Part shown: one piece after another, positions 36,577-48,848 of the stretch
Layout: each line of letters starts with the position of its first letter
Numbering within the stretch: the first letter of the stretch is position 1
From: Heteronotia binoei
Taxonomy: Eukaryota
DNA length: 64,000 bases
Assembly: GCF_032191835.1 (NCBI RefSeq)
Contig: NC_083240.1
Coordinates: 40,176,001 to 40,240,000, forward strand
Direction of reading: 5' to 3'
Notes under the pieces: generated by a model
Told to the model about the DNA's origin: nothing
The model's database searches: none
The model's input: the letters and a program-made list of their open reading frames with translations, nothing else
Translations under genes and position numbers: made by a program

Positions 36577-37739
36577 CTCTAGAGATCCAGCTTGGTGTAG
36601 TGGGTAAGAGTAGCAGATTCTAATCTGGGAAACCAGATGTGACTCCCCACTCCTCCTCCACATGGGACATTTACAGGCCTTCGGGGGGGGGGTGAGCTGC
36701 TCCAGTTGTAGCTACGTCATGTCAGAATGCTCATGCGCAGCAGTCAAGCAGTGTGGGAGTATCTACCCATTGCTGCGCTGCTGGATCTGCAGTCCATTCG
36801 TGTGGGTTTTCCTTTGCACTGCAGTGAGAAATAACACAACTCGGAGCTCACCAGCTGCTGCCTTTTAAATAGTTTACATCCCTGGTACCTGGTGTTGTTT
36901 TATGGCACACACAGCCCGGCCTGACAAAGTGACGTTTGTGTCAGATCCAGCCCTCATAATAAATGAGCTCAATGCCTGTACTCAAAGGACTTGGACAGAG
37001 GGAGATCTGCTACCAGAGACATCTGCTGTGTTGAACTAGAGGCAGCAGGGGTGGAACGTGGGACTGTCTGTGTGCAAAGCAAGTGTTCTGCCACGGAGCC
37101 ATGACCGATGCTCCCTCTAAGCTGTGGAGTCTTGTGAGCAAAAATTCTGCTCTGTGAGCTCCTGCATCAATGAGTTTGCTCTGGGACCACTCTGGGACCA
37201 TTTTTCCTGAGCTAAGACAAAAATGTGCGCGTCAGAGGCAAAAGAGCTGTGAGCTAGCTCCCACTAGCCCACCTTAGAGGGAACACAAGCAATGGCCCTT
37301 CCTTCTATGAATCTATGAAGCTGTCTGGTATGGAGTCAGACCACTGGTCAGTCTAGCCTAGGGCCACCTACTCTGACTGACAGTGCTTCCACAAGGCCTC
37401 CGGGAGGCCCAGCTAGCCAGAAGGCCATGCTATTGCCCGCCCACCCCCGGCATACCTTGCAAAAATTTGCTTGTCACCCTCCTTGGAGTCTTGTATTGAA
37501 TTCTGGCTACCGCAGGAGACAGTTAATTCTAGCCTCTAATGTTGCTTCAGTAGCACACCTCTTTGCCCGATCCCGTCAGGTCTCGGAAGCTAACCTTTTT
37601 TTTGGCATGGTAGCAGCCTCACACATCCTTCGTGGAGGCTTCACCCCAGTGCCGCCCCAAACTGCTTGCCATTTTAAGCAATCAAAGATTCTACTGAAAA
37701 CTGAAACCTTTCCTTCTGTCCTTTCTGTCTCTTCAACAG

Positions 37740-37808
37740 CTGGCTCACCCCAAAAGTCCCTCTCCGTCCCACTTGCCCAGAGGAAGCAGCTTTGGGGAGC
37801 AAAGTTAA
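37740..37808 (+). CDS. PRR11: PRR11 last coding exon
   Basis: caacag|LAHPKSPSPSHLPRGSSFGEQS* (human LAHPRSPTPTLPLSTSSFDEQN*). Confidence 0.92.
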   Translation: MAHPKSPSPSHLPRGSSFGEQS

Positions 37809-38264
37809 TACCGCGTCGCCCAGCTTTGTGTTCAAGGCCCTCTTGGTCACTAATGACTCTCCTCGGATGTAAGGAGTCTGTTACTAAGAAAGCATGGGGG
37901 AAAGGGTCAGCACTGCTGTCCTCAAGAGCAAAGCTCTCTGCTTCCCAGAAAAGCAGGCAAGAGGAAACTTTGCCCCATCATCCTTCTGTTCGTCCTGGCT
38001 GTATGCGCCAACGTGGCTTGGGGGAGCCATATCAGTGTTGTGGCCAAAGCGGTGCCCAGAGGCTCTTTGCCACTTATCACCACTGAACGGTCTTGGCCAT
38101 GCTTCAACCTCTCTGGGTAGCTTTGTATGACAATAGCATTTCAGTTTTCTGTGTTGTAAAAATAATTTTTTAAACTTCTATTTCAAGGCCTTGTTATTTG
38201 TAAACCTGGAGAGATTGTGTGCCTTTAGAATTCTGCACAGTGCTAGAGGTCTGCCTGAACCTTA

Positions 38265-38625
38265 AGAGCTAGTTTGGTGTAGTGGTGAAGGGTGCGGACT
38301 CTTATCTGGGAGAACTGGGTTTGATTTCCCACTCCTCCACTCGCACTTGGGTCAGCCATAGCTCTGGCAGAGGTTGTCCTTGAAAGGGCAGCTGCTGTGA
38401 GAGCTCTCTCAGCCCCACCCACCTCACAGGGTGTCTGTTGTGGGGGAGAAAGGGAAAGGAGATTGTAGGCCGTTCTGAGACTCTGTCCTTGAAAGGGCAG
38501 CTTCTGTGAGAGCCCTCTCAGCCCCACCTACCTCACAGGGTGTCTGTTGTGGGGGAGGAAGGTAAAGGAGATTGTGAGCTGCTCTGAAATTCGGAGTGGG
38601 GGGCAGGAGATAAATCCAATATCTT
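38265..38625 (+). mobile_element. Squam3-like SINE with ~109-bp internal tandem duplication
   Basis: Units 38375-38483 and 38484-~38590. Confidence 0.85.
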
Positions 38626-39675
38626 CCAAATCCAATAGCTTAACAAACAGTGCCTCTGAGCCAGTGCAAAGTGATTTGGGGTTGTGACAAGTTACTTCAC
38701 CTGCGTAGACATAAGTACAAAAATGGAGGTAAGAACAGGATATTTCATGATAAAGCTGAGCTCGGGCTTTTCAGCGGGGCCAGTCACAGTGTCAAAAAAT
38801 ATTGGTCTCCCCTCACCTCGCTTGTTTTAGCTCTTTAGGAAACGGTGCCTCTGAGCACAGGCAGGGAGTATCTTGGGGCTGTGAGTTCCGGGGCTCACTT
38901 TGTAGCAGGAACTCCTTTGCACCTCCCTGATGTAGCCAATCCTCCAAGAGCTTACAGGGCTCTTCTTACAGGGCCCTACTGTAAGCTCCAGGAAGATTAG
39001 CTAGATCAGGGGTGTTTGGCCTAATATGCAAAGGAGTTCCTGCTACAAAAAAAAGCCCTGGCTGTAACGTCGTTCTAACCACAAAAGGGCTAGCATTCTT
39101 CCTGTGCGCATGTTTAAAAAGAGCACCCACAGATCCTTTGAACATGGCCAGGTTTGTGAAATCCTATTTCTCCAGGGAACAGCTGTAGCCTAAAGGCATT
39201 CTGAACATGCTCAGAAGCTATTTTTTTTATACCTAATAGCTGTAAGTAATGGGGGTGCAAGTACACCCTCAGGAAGAATAAGTAGGATATAAAGTCATCA
39301 CTGGGGGGTGGGTGGGATTAAACTTAAACCTACAGATATGCAGGTCCTGGGCCAGGAGTTGTAAGCGGCACCGTTACTTGAACTTAGGACCTAACCAATA
39401 GCTAATAGAGTGACTACAGAACAGGTGTCCTATGCAAACTCTGCCTAACTCCCTATAGCAATTGAGCTGTGATATTCTGGGCCAGGTGGAGTTTCCAAGC
39501 TGTTTTCAAGGACAGGCCCATACGGAATGCATTACATTCACTGTGGCAGGCATCCATATAGCCTGAGCACCTTGGATCAAAAATGCAATACGCTGATCAG
39601 AAACCGATGCTAAAACACACCAGAGTTTAATGACTGTGGCAGGAAGGTACAACCCAGGCATAGCCAAACTTGAAG

Positions 39676-39948
39676 AGGAAGAATTGCAGATTTATACCCC
39701 GCCCTTCTCTCTGAAGCAGATACTCAGAGCGGCTTACAATCTGCTGTATCTTCTCCCCCTGCAACAGAACACCCTGTGAGGCGGGTGGGGCTGAGAGGGC
39801 TCTCACAGCGCCTGCCCTTTCAAGGACAACCTCTGAGAACTATGGCTAACCCAAGGCCATTCCAGCAGGTGCAAGCAGAGGAGTGGGGAATCAAAGCAGG
39901 TTCTCCCAGATAAGAGTCCGCACACTTAACCACTACACCAAACTGGCT
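39676..39948 (-). mobile_element. Squam3-like SINE
   Basis: Same head and body. Confidence 0.8.
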
Positions 39949-40249
39949 CTCTAACTTGCTTAACATAAGAGCCACATAGAATAAATGCCAGATGTTTGAG
40001 AGCTGCAAGACATGGACATCAAATGTTTGAGAGCTGCAAGATGAGAGGGAGGGGTGGAAAGAAAGCAACTTAAAATGCATTACCCAAGCTGCTGGCATTG
40101 ATAACCTCTAGGAGTAGCATAAGTGTCCTGAGACTGGAATCATAGCCTCCAGAATGGAATGATGGTTTGTCAGTGACAGCCCCCAGAGTAGAGAGGCAGT
40201 TCCTGGGAGTAGTATTAGTATTCTGGGGTATAGATCCAGGTGAGTCTGT

Positions 40250-40360
40250 GTTGGTCTGAAGCAATAGAACAAAGTTAGAGTCCAGGGACACCTTTAAGAC
40301 CAACAAACTTTTATTCTGAGTATAAGCTTTCATGTGCGTGCACACTTCCTCAGATACACA
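40250..40360 (-). mobile_element. Penelope-like pLTR fragment with minimal hammerhead; relatives at ~5890-6010, 17275-17370, ~60645-60725(+), 60820-60905 and ~61990-62040
   Basis: CTGAGGA-stem-GAAAGCTT followed by aataaaagtttgttggtcttaaaggtg. Confidence 0.7.
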
Positions 40361-41268
40361 GAAATGGAAGATAACCGTTCAAACTTAATAGACAGAGGCT
40401 GAACAAACTAGCGTGTAACGTGATGAAGATATTTTAAGAGATTCTGAGATGAAACAGGAATAACAAGCTTATAGGGTCAACAGTTGTTTGGGTTTAATTA
40501 AGGTGGGACAACACTGCAGCAATAAATATGTCAAAATAGGAGATAAATGTGTAAAATAATCCTTTCTAATTGTTGGAAGTTAACTGAGACTCGTGATGCT
40601 CCATTCATCAAGCACAAAGATGCCAAAGAGCACACACACCCCTTTTTGGGGGGTGAGGTGTAGTGTTACGTAGAGAAATCTATTTCAAATTTCATTTCAT
40701 CACAATCACTATACCCAGGGGTCGTTTTGTAGAAAAATAGGTGGTGGCGCTCATTAGCATATGCTGTCCCCCACCAGCCAAAAGCAACCTGATGCCAGCC
40801 ACCAGCGGCTTTGCCACACCTCCAGCAGCTCTCATTAACTCCTGGAGAAGCCCATGCCACCCTTTCTCCACTCCCTGGGTGAGCGAGGCCTGCTTGGGCT
40901 GGCTAGTGGGATACATAGCTATAAAGTTCAACCTCCAAACCATCCATTTTCTCCAGGGAAACTGATATGCATATTCTGGAGATGAACTGTAATTTCAAGG
41001 GATTCCCAGGCATGCATGTGTGTGTGTGTATACACACACACAGGGTTTTTGAGCAGGAACGCGGTTCCGGCTGGCTTGGTGTCAGGGGGTGTGGCTTTGT
41101 ATGCAAATAGTTCCTACTGTGCTGCTTCTTTTAAAAAGCCCTATGCAAAACAATGTCAGGGGGTGTGGCCTAATATGCAAATGAGTTCCTACTTGGCTTT
41201 TTCTGCAAGAAAAGCCATATGTGTACTGTATATTGAACAAACCTGAGATATCCTTACAGCCTCTAGGT

Positions 41269-43200
41269 CAGTGATGGCGAACCTTTTAGAGACCAAGTGC
41301 CCAAAGGAAAGGAAAGGTTCCCTGTGCAAGCACCAGTTGTTTTCGACTCTGGGGTGATGCTACTTTCACAACGTTTTCACAGCAGACCTTTTAACAGGGT
41401 GGTTTGCCATTGCCTTCCCCGGTCATTACACTTTCCCCCCAGCAAGCTGGGGACTCATTTTACTGACCTTGGAAGGATGGAAGGCTGAGTCAACCTCAAG
41501 CCGGCTACCTGAACCAGCTTCCGCTGGGATCGAACTCAGATCGTGAGCAGAGGGTTCAACTGCAGTACTGCGGCTTTCCCACTCTGCGCCACGGGGCTCT
41601 TATTAAGTGCCCAAACTGCAACCCAAAACCTACTTATCACAAATTGCCAACACCGCAATTTAACCTGAATACTGAGGTTTTAGTTTAGAAAAAACAATTC
41701 ATACAGTAACATCTTTGTCTTAAAGAAAAACATGATAACAGAGCTTTCAATGATACAAACAACTTTTATTGAATGGTAAAAGTTTGCATTTGGCATGCTT
41801 TTGAGCAATTAATGATTTTTGCTGTCATATTCATGCTGATCATTTGTCTAGCCTTGCCTCATACTTTGTAAGTTTGAGAGCAACACATGTAGCACTCAGG
41901 TCATCTGTTAATCTGTTTCTGGTGTCAGATTTGATATTATTCAAAGCTGAAAACAGCTGCTCACAAGCATAAGATGATCCAAACAAAGTAAGGAAAGCAA
42001 TCCCAAGTGCTTTCATCGACTTAAAATTATTTGGCAGAGAATTCCACACTTTAAGGATTTCATTTTCAGAACTAACTGTGCTGCCCTTTTGTCATCCCTT
42101 CTGTCTTCTCAAGTGTTTCACGCAGGTCATAGAATTTATTTTTCCAGATATAGCTTTCTTGAAATCCCAATAGCTCCATTTCCAGATTTCCTAAATCTAA
42201 CCAGTGTAAACAGGAAAGATCAGGTTCTTCAAATTTGGCTTTATCTGGAGAAGTAAGAAAACACAGGGTTGTCTCCATCTTACGGAACTGTAAAAATCTG
42301 TTATTAAAATTCACCTTTGTAGCAGCTACAATGCTAGAAAATTCCTTGTAAGTTTCCTGATGGCTTGTAGGATTGTCTGCAAATGTTGTGCAATTTTCTA
42401 AATGCATTTTTAGATTTGGAAAATATTTCAGCTGCCCACTTTCAAGGTCTCTTTCAAAAGCCTGCAGTTTTCTCTCAAATGTTTTGATATTACAAAACAT
42501 CCTCTCTGCTGTTTTCCCTACCCCTTGTAGTTGTTTGTTCAGTACATTGAAGTGTAGTGTAAAATCTGTAAAAAAAAATTAGGTTGGTAAGCCAGGCCAT
42601 ATCAGTGAGCTGTGGATATTCCTCCCCTTTTTCATTCATAAACAGCCTAATTTCATCCAAGCAGGCTACAAATCTCTCCAGGACTCGTCCTCCACTCAGC
42701 CACTGGACATTATTATACATAAGTAAACAATTATACTGTGCCTGAACCTCCTCAAGAAGTCCTTGGAACTGTCAAATTCAGACCACGGACCATGATGTAA
42801 TTCACCATTTTTGTGACATCTTTGAGGACATGGTCAAATTTTTTACTGCTGGCAAAAAGAGCTTCTTGATGTATAATACAATGGAACCGAAGGACATGTT
42901 TTGTTTCTTTAACTAAGAACTGTATGAAACCAGATGTTACCCTTCCAAGAAACTTTTCTCTTTCAGTTTCACCAAGTTTAGCAATACTTTTGTGGTTGGT
43001 GTCAAAGCGCTCTCTGATACTTGATGTGCGACAGACAACACTTTCATTACAAAGAATACATAATGCTTTTCCATTGCGCTCAATCACTCCAAATGACTGT
43101 CCAGGCCTCTTGGAATGATCTTCCACTATCTGTTTTTGGTTTTCTTGCTGTACTCGTTTTTGGGTGTTCAAGATTTGGAATCTACAAAAACACAAAATTT
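41269..43200 (-). mobile_element. hAT (Charlie-type) DNA transposon remnant with internally deleted, frameshifted transposase; one TIR visible
   Basis: TIR CAGTGATGGCGAAC at 41269; CILCNESVVCR, FHCIIHQEAL, FGSSYACEQLFS...RNRLTD (hAT dimerisation domain). Confidence 0.85.
41306..41604 (-). mobile_element. Sauria SINE inserted in the hAT element
   Basis: Head gagccccgtggcgcagagtgg, ACCTTT-like tail; 11-bp TSD aagtgcccaaa at 41295 and 41605. Confidence 0.85.
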
Positions 43201-43637
43201 TTTAAAAAATGAAGCACCCAATACAAATCTATCCCTATAGCAAAAATAGCTAACACTATTGGTTAACACTATAGAAATGGATATTCCCTGAATCAATCTA
43301 CTGCAGTGATTCTCAGCTGGGGTTCCTTTTGAATTTGCTGACCATCAACGCAAGGGGGCAATGTTCCACTGAGCACTGGTTTTTGGCCTGCTGTATCTCA
43401 CAGTGGCCCGCATCTATCATAAGGTGGTAGCACGTACCTATCAGGGCTGTGATGGACTTTTACTCCCCCACTCCCCTCCTGCACAAGGCTTGGCTCTCCC
43501 CCCCCCCCCCGCACTCCCGCCTTCCCTCCCTCCCCTGAGCTGCAATGCAGCTGCTCTCTGTAGCTGGGGCTGATGGGAGTTGTAGGCAAAAAAAATCTGG
43601 AGAGCCACTGTTCCTCAACCCTAGGTGGTGCCTGGAG

Positions 43638-44685
43638 TAGGGTTGCCAAGTCCAATTTAAGAAATATTTGGGGGTGGAGCAAGGAGACATTGGAGTGGAG
43701 CCAAGATCAAGGCTATGACAAGCATAATTGAATTCCAAGGGAGTTCTGGCCATCACATTTAAAGGGATGGGCACACTTTTTCAATGCCTTCCTTACATAT
43801 GAAATAATGATGGATAGGGGCACCTTCTTTTGGGGCTAATAGAATTGGACCCCCTGGTCCAATCGTTTTGAAACTTGGGGAATATTTTGGGGAGAGGCAC
43901 TAGATGCTGTACTGGAAATGTGGTGCTTCTACCTCAAAACACAGCCCCCCCCCCAGAGCCCCAGATACCCGCAGATCAATTCTCCATTATTTTCTATGGG
44001 AATAAATCTCTATTCCCAGCAGATATTTCCCTCCCCTCCCCCCATTTTCTGATGACCCTGAAGCAGGAGGAGGGTCTCCAAACCAGGGGATCCCCTGCCC
44101 CTACCTGGGGATTGGCAACCCTAGCCTGGAGTCAGATCTCCCAGAATTACAAATGACCTCCAGACTTCCCAGACCAGTTCCCCCAGAGAAAACGACGGAT
44201 TTGGATGAGGGGATCCTACGGTATTATGCTAGGGTTGCCAAGTCCAATTCAGGAAATATCTGGGGACTTTGGGGGTGGAGCCAAAAGCAAGCATAACTGA
44301 ATTCCAGAGGGAGTTCTGGCCATCACAGGGCTGCACACCTTTCAGATGCCTTCACTCCATTAGAAATAATGAAGGATAGGGGCACCTTCTGGGGCTCACA
44401 TAATTGGACTCCCTGCTCCAATCTTGGGTGTTTTGAGGAGAGGTACTGAATGTTATGCTGCAAATTTGGTGCCTCTGCCTCAAAAAACAGCCCCCCCACC
44501 AGAGCCCCAAATACCCGCAGATCAATTCTCCATTATACCCTATGGGAATCGGTCCCCATAGGGAATAATGGAATGTGCAGCAGATATTTCCCTCCCCCGT
44601 CCCCCACTTTCTGATGAGCCTAAAGCGGGGGAAGGGCCTCCAAAGCAGGGGATCCCCTGCCCCCTCCTGGGGATTGGCAACCCAA
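43638..44685. mobile_element. Two non-autonomous hAT elements (43638-44123 and 44230-44685) just upstream of the SMG8 promoter
   Basis: TAGGGTTGCCA TIRs; TSDs gcctggag (exact) and tattatgc/cattatgc. Confidence 0.82.
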
Positions 44686-44759
44686 CATTATGCCCCACTA
44701 AGGTCTTTCCTCTCTCCAAATCTCCAGGATGGCCAGATTGAAGTTGGCAACCCCAAGTA

Positions 44760-45036
44760 GGGGTCTGTCGGCGAAGCGTCGGCAGATAAAGGGCGGTCGG
44801 GAGCCCAGCCGCTTCAACTTAGGCAACTGAGCATGCGCAAGCAGCAAAGCCCCGCCCCTCTCGAACCTTGCGTTCGAAAATGTCTCCAGTCCTACCTTCC
44901 CGCTGAAGCTGATTGGCTCCCTGCCGCGTTCTTTCCCCGCGCGCGCGCGCAGTCGCTCCCTGCAGCCTCAGCCCAGGAGCAGAGTTCCCGGGCGGCGTCT
45001 CGCGGCGCGGGGGTTGCCTTTGCAAAGCCCGCGAGG
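44760..45036 (+). promoter_or_regulatory. SMG8 CpG-island promoter / 5' leader
   Basis: CpG-dense; GGGCGG at ~44791, NRF1-like GCATGCGCA at ~44831, GATTGG at ~44910. Confidence 0.6.
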
Positions 45037-46861
45037 ATGGTGGGCGCGACGCCCGGGCACAGCCCGGTGAACCTGCGGGAGCTGCTGCTGGCCGGAGCGG
45101 AGGGAGGCAGCGCTAGCAGCCCCGCCGCCACGCTCAGCAGCGGCAGCAGCACGAGCACCAGCGGGCCCGGGGTGGCCGCCCCGGCGGAGGAAGAGGAGGT
45201 GTGCGTGGTGGGCATCTTCGGCAAGACGGCCTTGCAGCTGTGCTCCGAGAAGGCGGCCTTGGTCAACACGGTCTGCGACAGGCAAGTCTTCCCTCTCTTC
45301 CAGCCGGAGAGCGAGGCCAGGCCGGCGGCTGCGGGAGGTGGCGGCGGCGGCGGCGTCGAGCGGGCCGCGGATTCCCCGCCGCCTTCCTCCTCCTCTTCCT
45401 CCGCTTCCTCCTCGTCTTCCTCCTCCTCCTCTTCCTCCTCTCTGCAGGGGGATTACAACCTCTTGCAAGCCTACTACAGCCCCGAGTGCAAGGTGCTCTA
45501 CCTGGTGCTCACCTCCATCTGCGACAGCCGCCAGCTCCTGCAAGCCTGTCGGGACCTCGATGCCATGGGGGATGACCGGGGCCCTGGGGGCCTCGGAGGG
45601 CACCCGGCCCAAGGCGGCTCCCCGCTGCCCCACGCCGAGGCCCACGAGTTCTGGAAGCACCAGGAGAAGCTGCACTGCCTCAGCCTCCTCTACCTCTTCT
45701 CTGTCTGCCACATCCTGCTGATGGTGCACCCTACCTGCTCCTTTGACATCACCTACGACCGGGTCTTCCGGGCTTTGGACGGGCTGCGGCAGAAAGTGCT
45801 GCCCTCCCTGAAGGCCGCCATCAAGGACTGCCCCGTCGGCAAGGACTGGAAGCTCAACTGCCGGCCTTGCCCGCCCCGCCTTCTCTTCCTCTTCCAACTC
45901 AATGGGGCCCTCAAAGTGGAGGCCCTGCCGGGCCGGGGGCAGGAGCTCTGTGGGCATCTGGAGAAGCCTCCCCCCAAGAAGCACTCGCCCAAGAGGAGGC
46001 TCCAGCACGCTCTGGAGGACCAGATCTATCGCATCTTCCGCAAGAGCCGGGTGCTGACCAACCAGAGCATCAATTGCCTCTTCACCGTCCCGGCCAACCA
46101 AGCCTTCGTCTACATCGTGACGGGCGGCGCTCAAGAGGGCGACGACCCCATTGCTGTCCTACTGGACCAGCTCCGCAGCAACTGCACCACCCGGGAGGCG
46201 GAGTCCATGCTGACACCCGCCTTGGCCGGGCCCAGGAGGTACCAGATGATGCGCCATGGGCGGCAGCAACTGTCTTTCCACGTGGAGAGCAGCAGCTCCA
46301 GCTCCTCGGGCCAGCTGGTGGACTGCACCTTGAAGGAGTTCCTTTTCCAGCACGTGGAGCTCGTCCTCGGCAAGAAGGGCTTCGATGACAGCGTGGGCAG
46401 GAACCCCCAGCCGTCCCACTTCGAACTTCCCACTTACCAGAAGTGGGTGGCCACTGCCCTGAAGCTGTACGAAGTAGCCATTGAAGGCAAAGACAACGAC
46501 CCTTCTTCTCTCGCTGGGGAGCTGACGTCCAAGATTTTGGGCAGCATCAAAGTCTTGGAAGGCTATTTGGACATCGACACGAAGTTCTCGGAAAACCGTT
46601 GCCAGAAGGCCTTGCCGATGGCCCACAGCGCGTACCAGTCCAACCTGCCGCATAACTACACCATGACGGTGCATAAGAACCAGCTGGCTCAAGCCTTGCG
46701 GGTGTACAGCCAGCATGCCCGGGGACCGGCTTTTCACAAGTACGCCCTGCAGCTGCACGAAGACTGCTACAAGTTTTGGAGCAACGGCCACCAGCTGTGC
46801 GAAGAGAGGAGCCTGACTGACCAGCATTGTGTGCACAAATTTCATTTGCTCCCCAAAGCAG
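45037..46861 (+). CDS. SMG8: SMG8 (NMD factor, SMG1 complex) exon 1
   Basis: MVGATPGHSPVNLRELLL...CVVGIFGKTAL...HKFHLLPKAG, matching recalled human SMG8; GCA G|gtgagt donor. Confidence 0.96.
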
Positions 46862-46959
46862 GTGAGTTTAAGGCAGGGCTCCCCAAGCTTTTCGAGCCTG
46901 AGGGCACCTTTGGAATTCTGACATGGGGTGGTGGGTCAAAGTACAAAATGTTTGCCACA

Positions 46960-47562
46960 GAGAAGAAGAAGAAATTGGATTCACACCCCAACCTTCACTT
47001 GGAGTCTCAGAGTGGCTTATAGTCTCCTTTCCCTTCCCCTCCCTGCAACAGACACCCTGTGAGGTAGTTGGGGCTGAGAGAGCTCTTTGGATAATTGCTC
47101 TTGAGCAGGGGTGCCTAAACTGTGGCTCTTGCACACATATAGTGTAGCTCTCAAAGCGCTCCCCACCCCCCAGGTCAGCCAGCTTGGAGAAGGCGTTTCT
47201 TCTTTAAATCACTTCTTCAAGCAAAGCCAGCTGGCAGCTTGGAGAATGCATTTAAAGATAAAGTTGCTTGCTTTCCACTTCTCCCTCCTTCCTCCCCCCA
47301 TCTGTTTGCCTGCTTGCCTGCCTTCCTTCCTGCTCTCAGACATCTGATGTTCATGACTTGCCACTCTCAAACAATTGACATTTATTCTATGTAGCTCTTA
47401 GGTTAAGTAAGTTTGGCCACCCCTTCTCTTGAGAGAACAGCTCTGTGAGAACTGTGACCGACCCAAAGTCACCCAGCAGCTGCATGTGAAGTAGTGGGGA
47501 ATCAAACCTGGTTCTTCCAGATTAGCATCCGTGCTCTTAACTGCTACATCAAAACTGGCTCG
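46960..47562 (-). mobile_element. Squam3-like SINE split by a hAT MITE (47106-47425)
   Basis: SINE halves flank the MITE; exact 8-bp TSD ctcttgag. Confidence 0.85.
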
Positions 47563-47702
47563 CTAACCGTAGCTAATCATGCAGTGGCAATGTCGGGGTG
47601 AGGTCATGCTTAACTCTGGTAGTAACTTTTCAACATTTCAGGCAAAAGCTCTGCTAAATGGGATGCCTCTTTAAATGAACATAACTGCTTGGAAGTATTG
47701 CA

Positions 47703-47912
47703 TAAACATATGAAGCTGCCTTCTACTGAATCAGACCCTCAGTCCATCAAAGTCAGTATTGTCTACTCAGACTGGCAGCGGCTCTCCAGGGTCTCAAGCT
47801 AAGGTTTTTCACACCTATTTGCCTGGACCCTTTTTTGGAGATGCCAGGGATTGAACCTGGGACCGTCTGCTTCCCAAGCAGATGCTCTACCACTGAGCCA
47901 CCGCTCCTCCCT
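47703..47912 (-). mobile_element. Squam2-like SINE
   Basis: Complete copy. Confidence 0.8.
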
Positions 47913-48027
47913 TACACATTGCATACACAGCTTACTTTCAGTCATATGTGAAGATCCTTGTGCTGTGGTGGCAGCTAAACATATCACAACTTAATGGGCA
48001 CCAACTGAATAGGTGTGAGGTCTAAAG

Positions 48028-48325
48028 CAGGGATAGCCAAACTTGCTTAAAGAGCCACATAGAATAAACGTCAGCTGTTTGAGAGCTGCGAGACACGGAT
48101 GTCAGATGTTTGAGAGCAGGAAGGAAGGAAAATAGATGGGGAGATGGAGGGAGAGGTAGAAAGAAAGCAACTTTAAATGCATTCGCCAAGCTGCCGACTG
48201 GCTTGGCGAAATGATTTAAAAATACCTTCTACAAGTGAGCCAACAGGGCACTGGGGACTTTGAGAGCCACACAGTATGTATGAGAGAGCCGATGGGGCTT
48301 CCAAGCCACAGTTTGCCCATCCCTG
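48028..48325. mobile_element. hAT MITE
   Basis: TSD gtctaaag/gtttaaag. Confidence 0.8.
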
Positions 48326-48562
48326 GTTTAAAGCAGCAAAATAAAACATCTAAAGACTAACAAAGTTCATTACCGTTTATTGCGATCGAAGACCAGCCAA
48401 GCAGTTTACCAGCAGTTTACGTACAAGCATAAAATTAATATACAGGGGTTAAAATTGATTAGGTATAATTGATTAGACATGAACATTATTAAAAGGCTTG
48501 GAGTTTCTGCTTTTTTATGGATAAAGTCTCAGCATATGGCCACTTTAGAGATGGCCTCGTTA

Positions 48563-48848
48563 GAGAAGAAGAAGAAGATGATATTGGATTTATATCCCGC
48601 CCTCCACTCCGAAGAGTCTCAGAGCGGCTCACAGTCTCCTTTTCCTTCCTCCCCCACAACAGACACCCTGTGAGGTGGGTGGGGCTGGAGGGGGCTCTCC
48701 CAGCAGCTGCCCTTTCAAGGACCACCTCTGCCAGAGCTATGGCTGACCCAAGGCCATGCTAGCAGGTGCAAGTGAAGGAGTGGGGAATCAAACCCAGTTC
48801 TCCCAGATAAGAGTCCACACACTTAACCACTTCACCAAACTGGCTCTC
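48563..48848 (-). mobile_element. Squam3-like SINE
   Basis: Complete copy with (GAA)n tail on the plus strand. Confidence 0.85.

Noticed and set aside
44892-46845. Long antisense and alternative-frame ORFs (388, 228, 173 aa and others) over SMG8 exon 1
   Set aside because: Expected by-product of GC-rich coding DNA; no recognisable domain
44833-47022. 729-aa single-exon ORF
   Set aside because: SMG8 homology ends at the G|gtgagt donor (46861); the remainder is intron and SINE read-through
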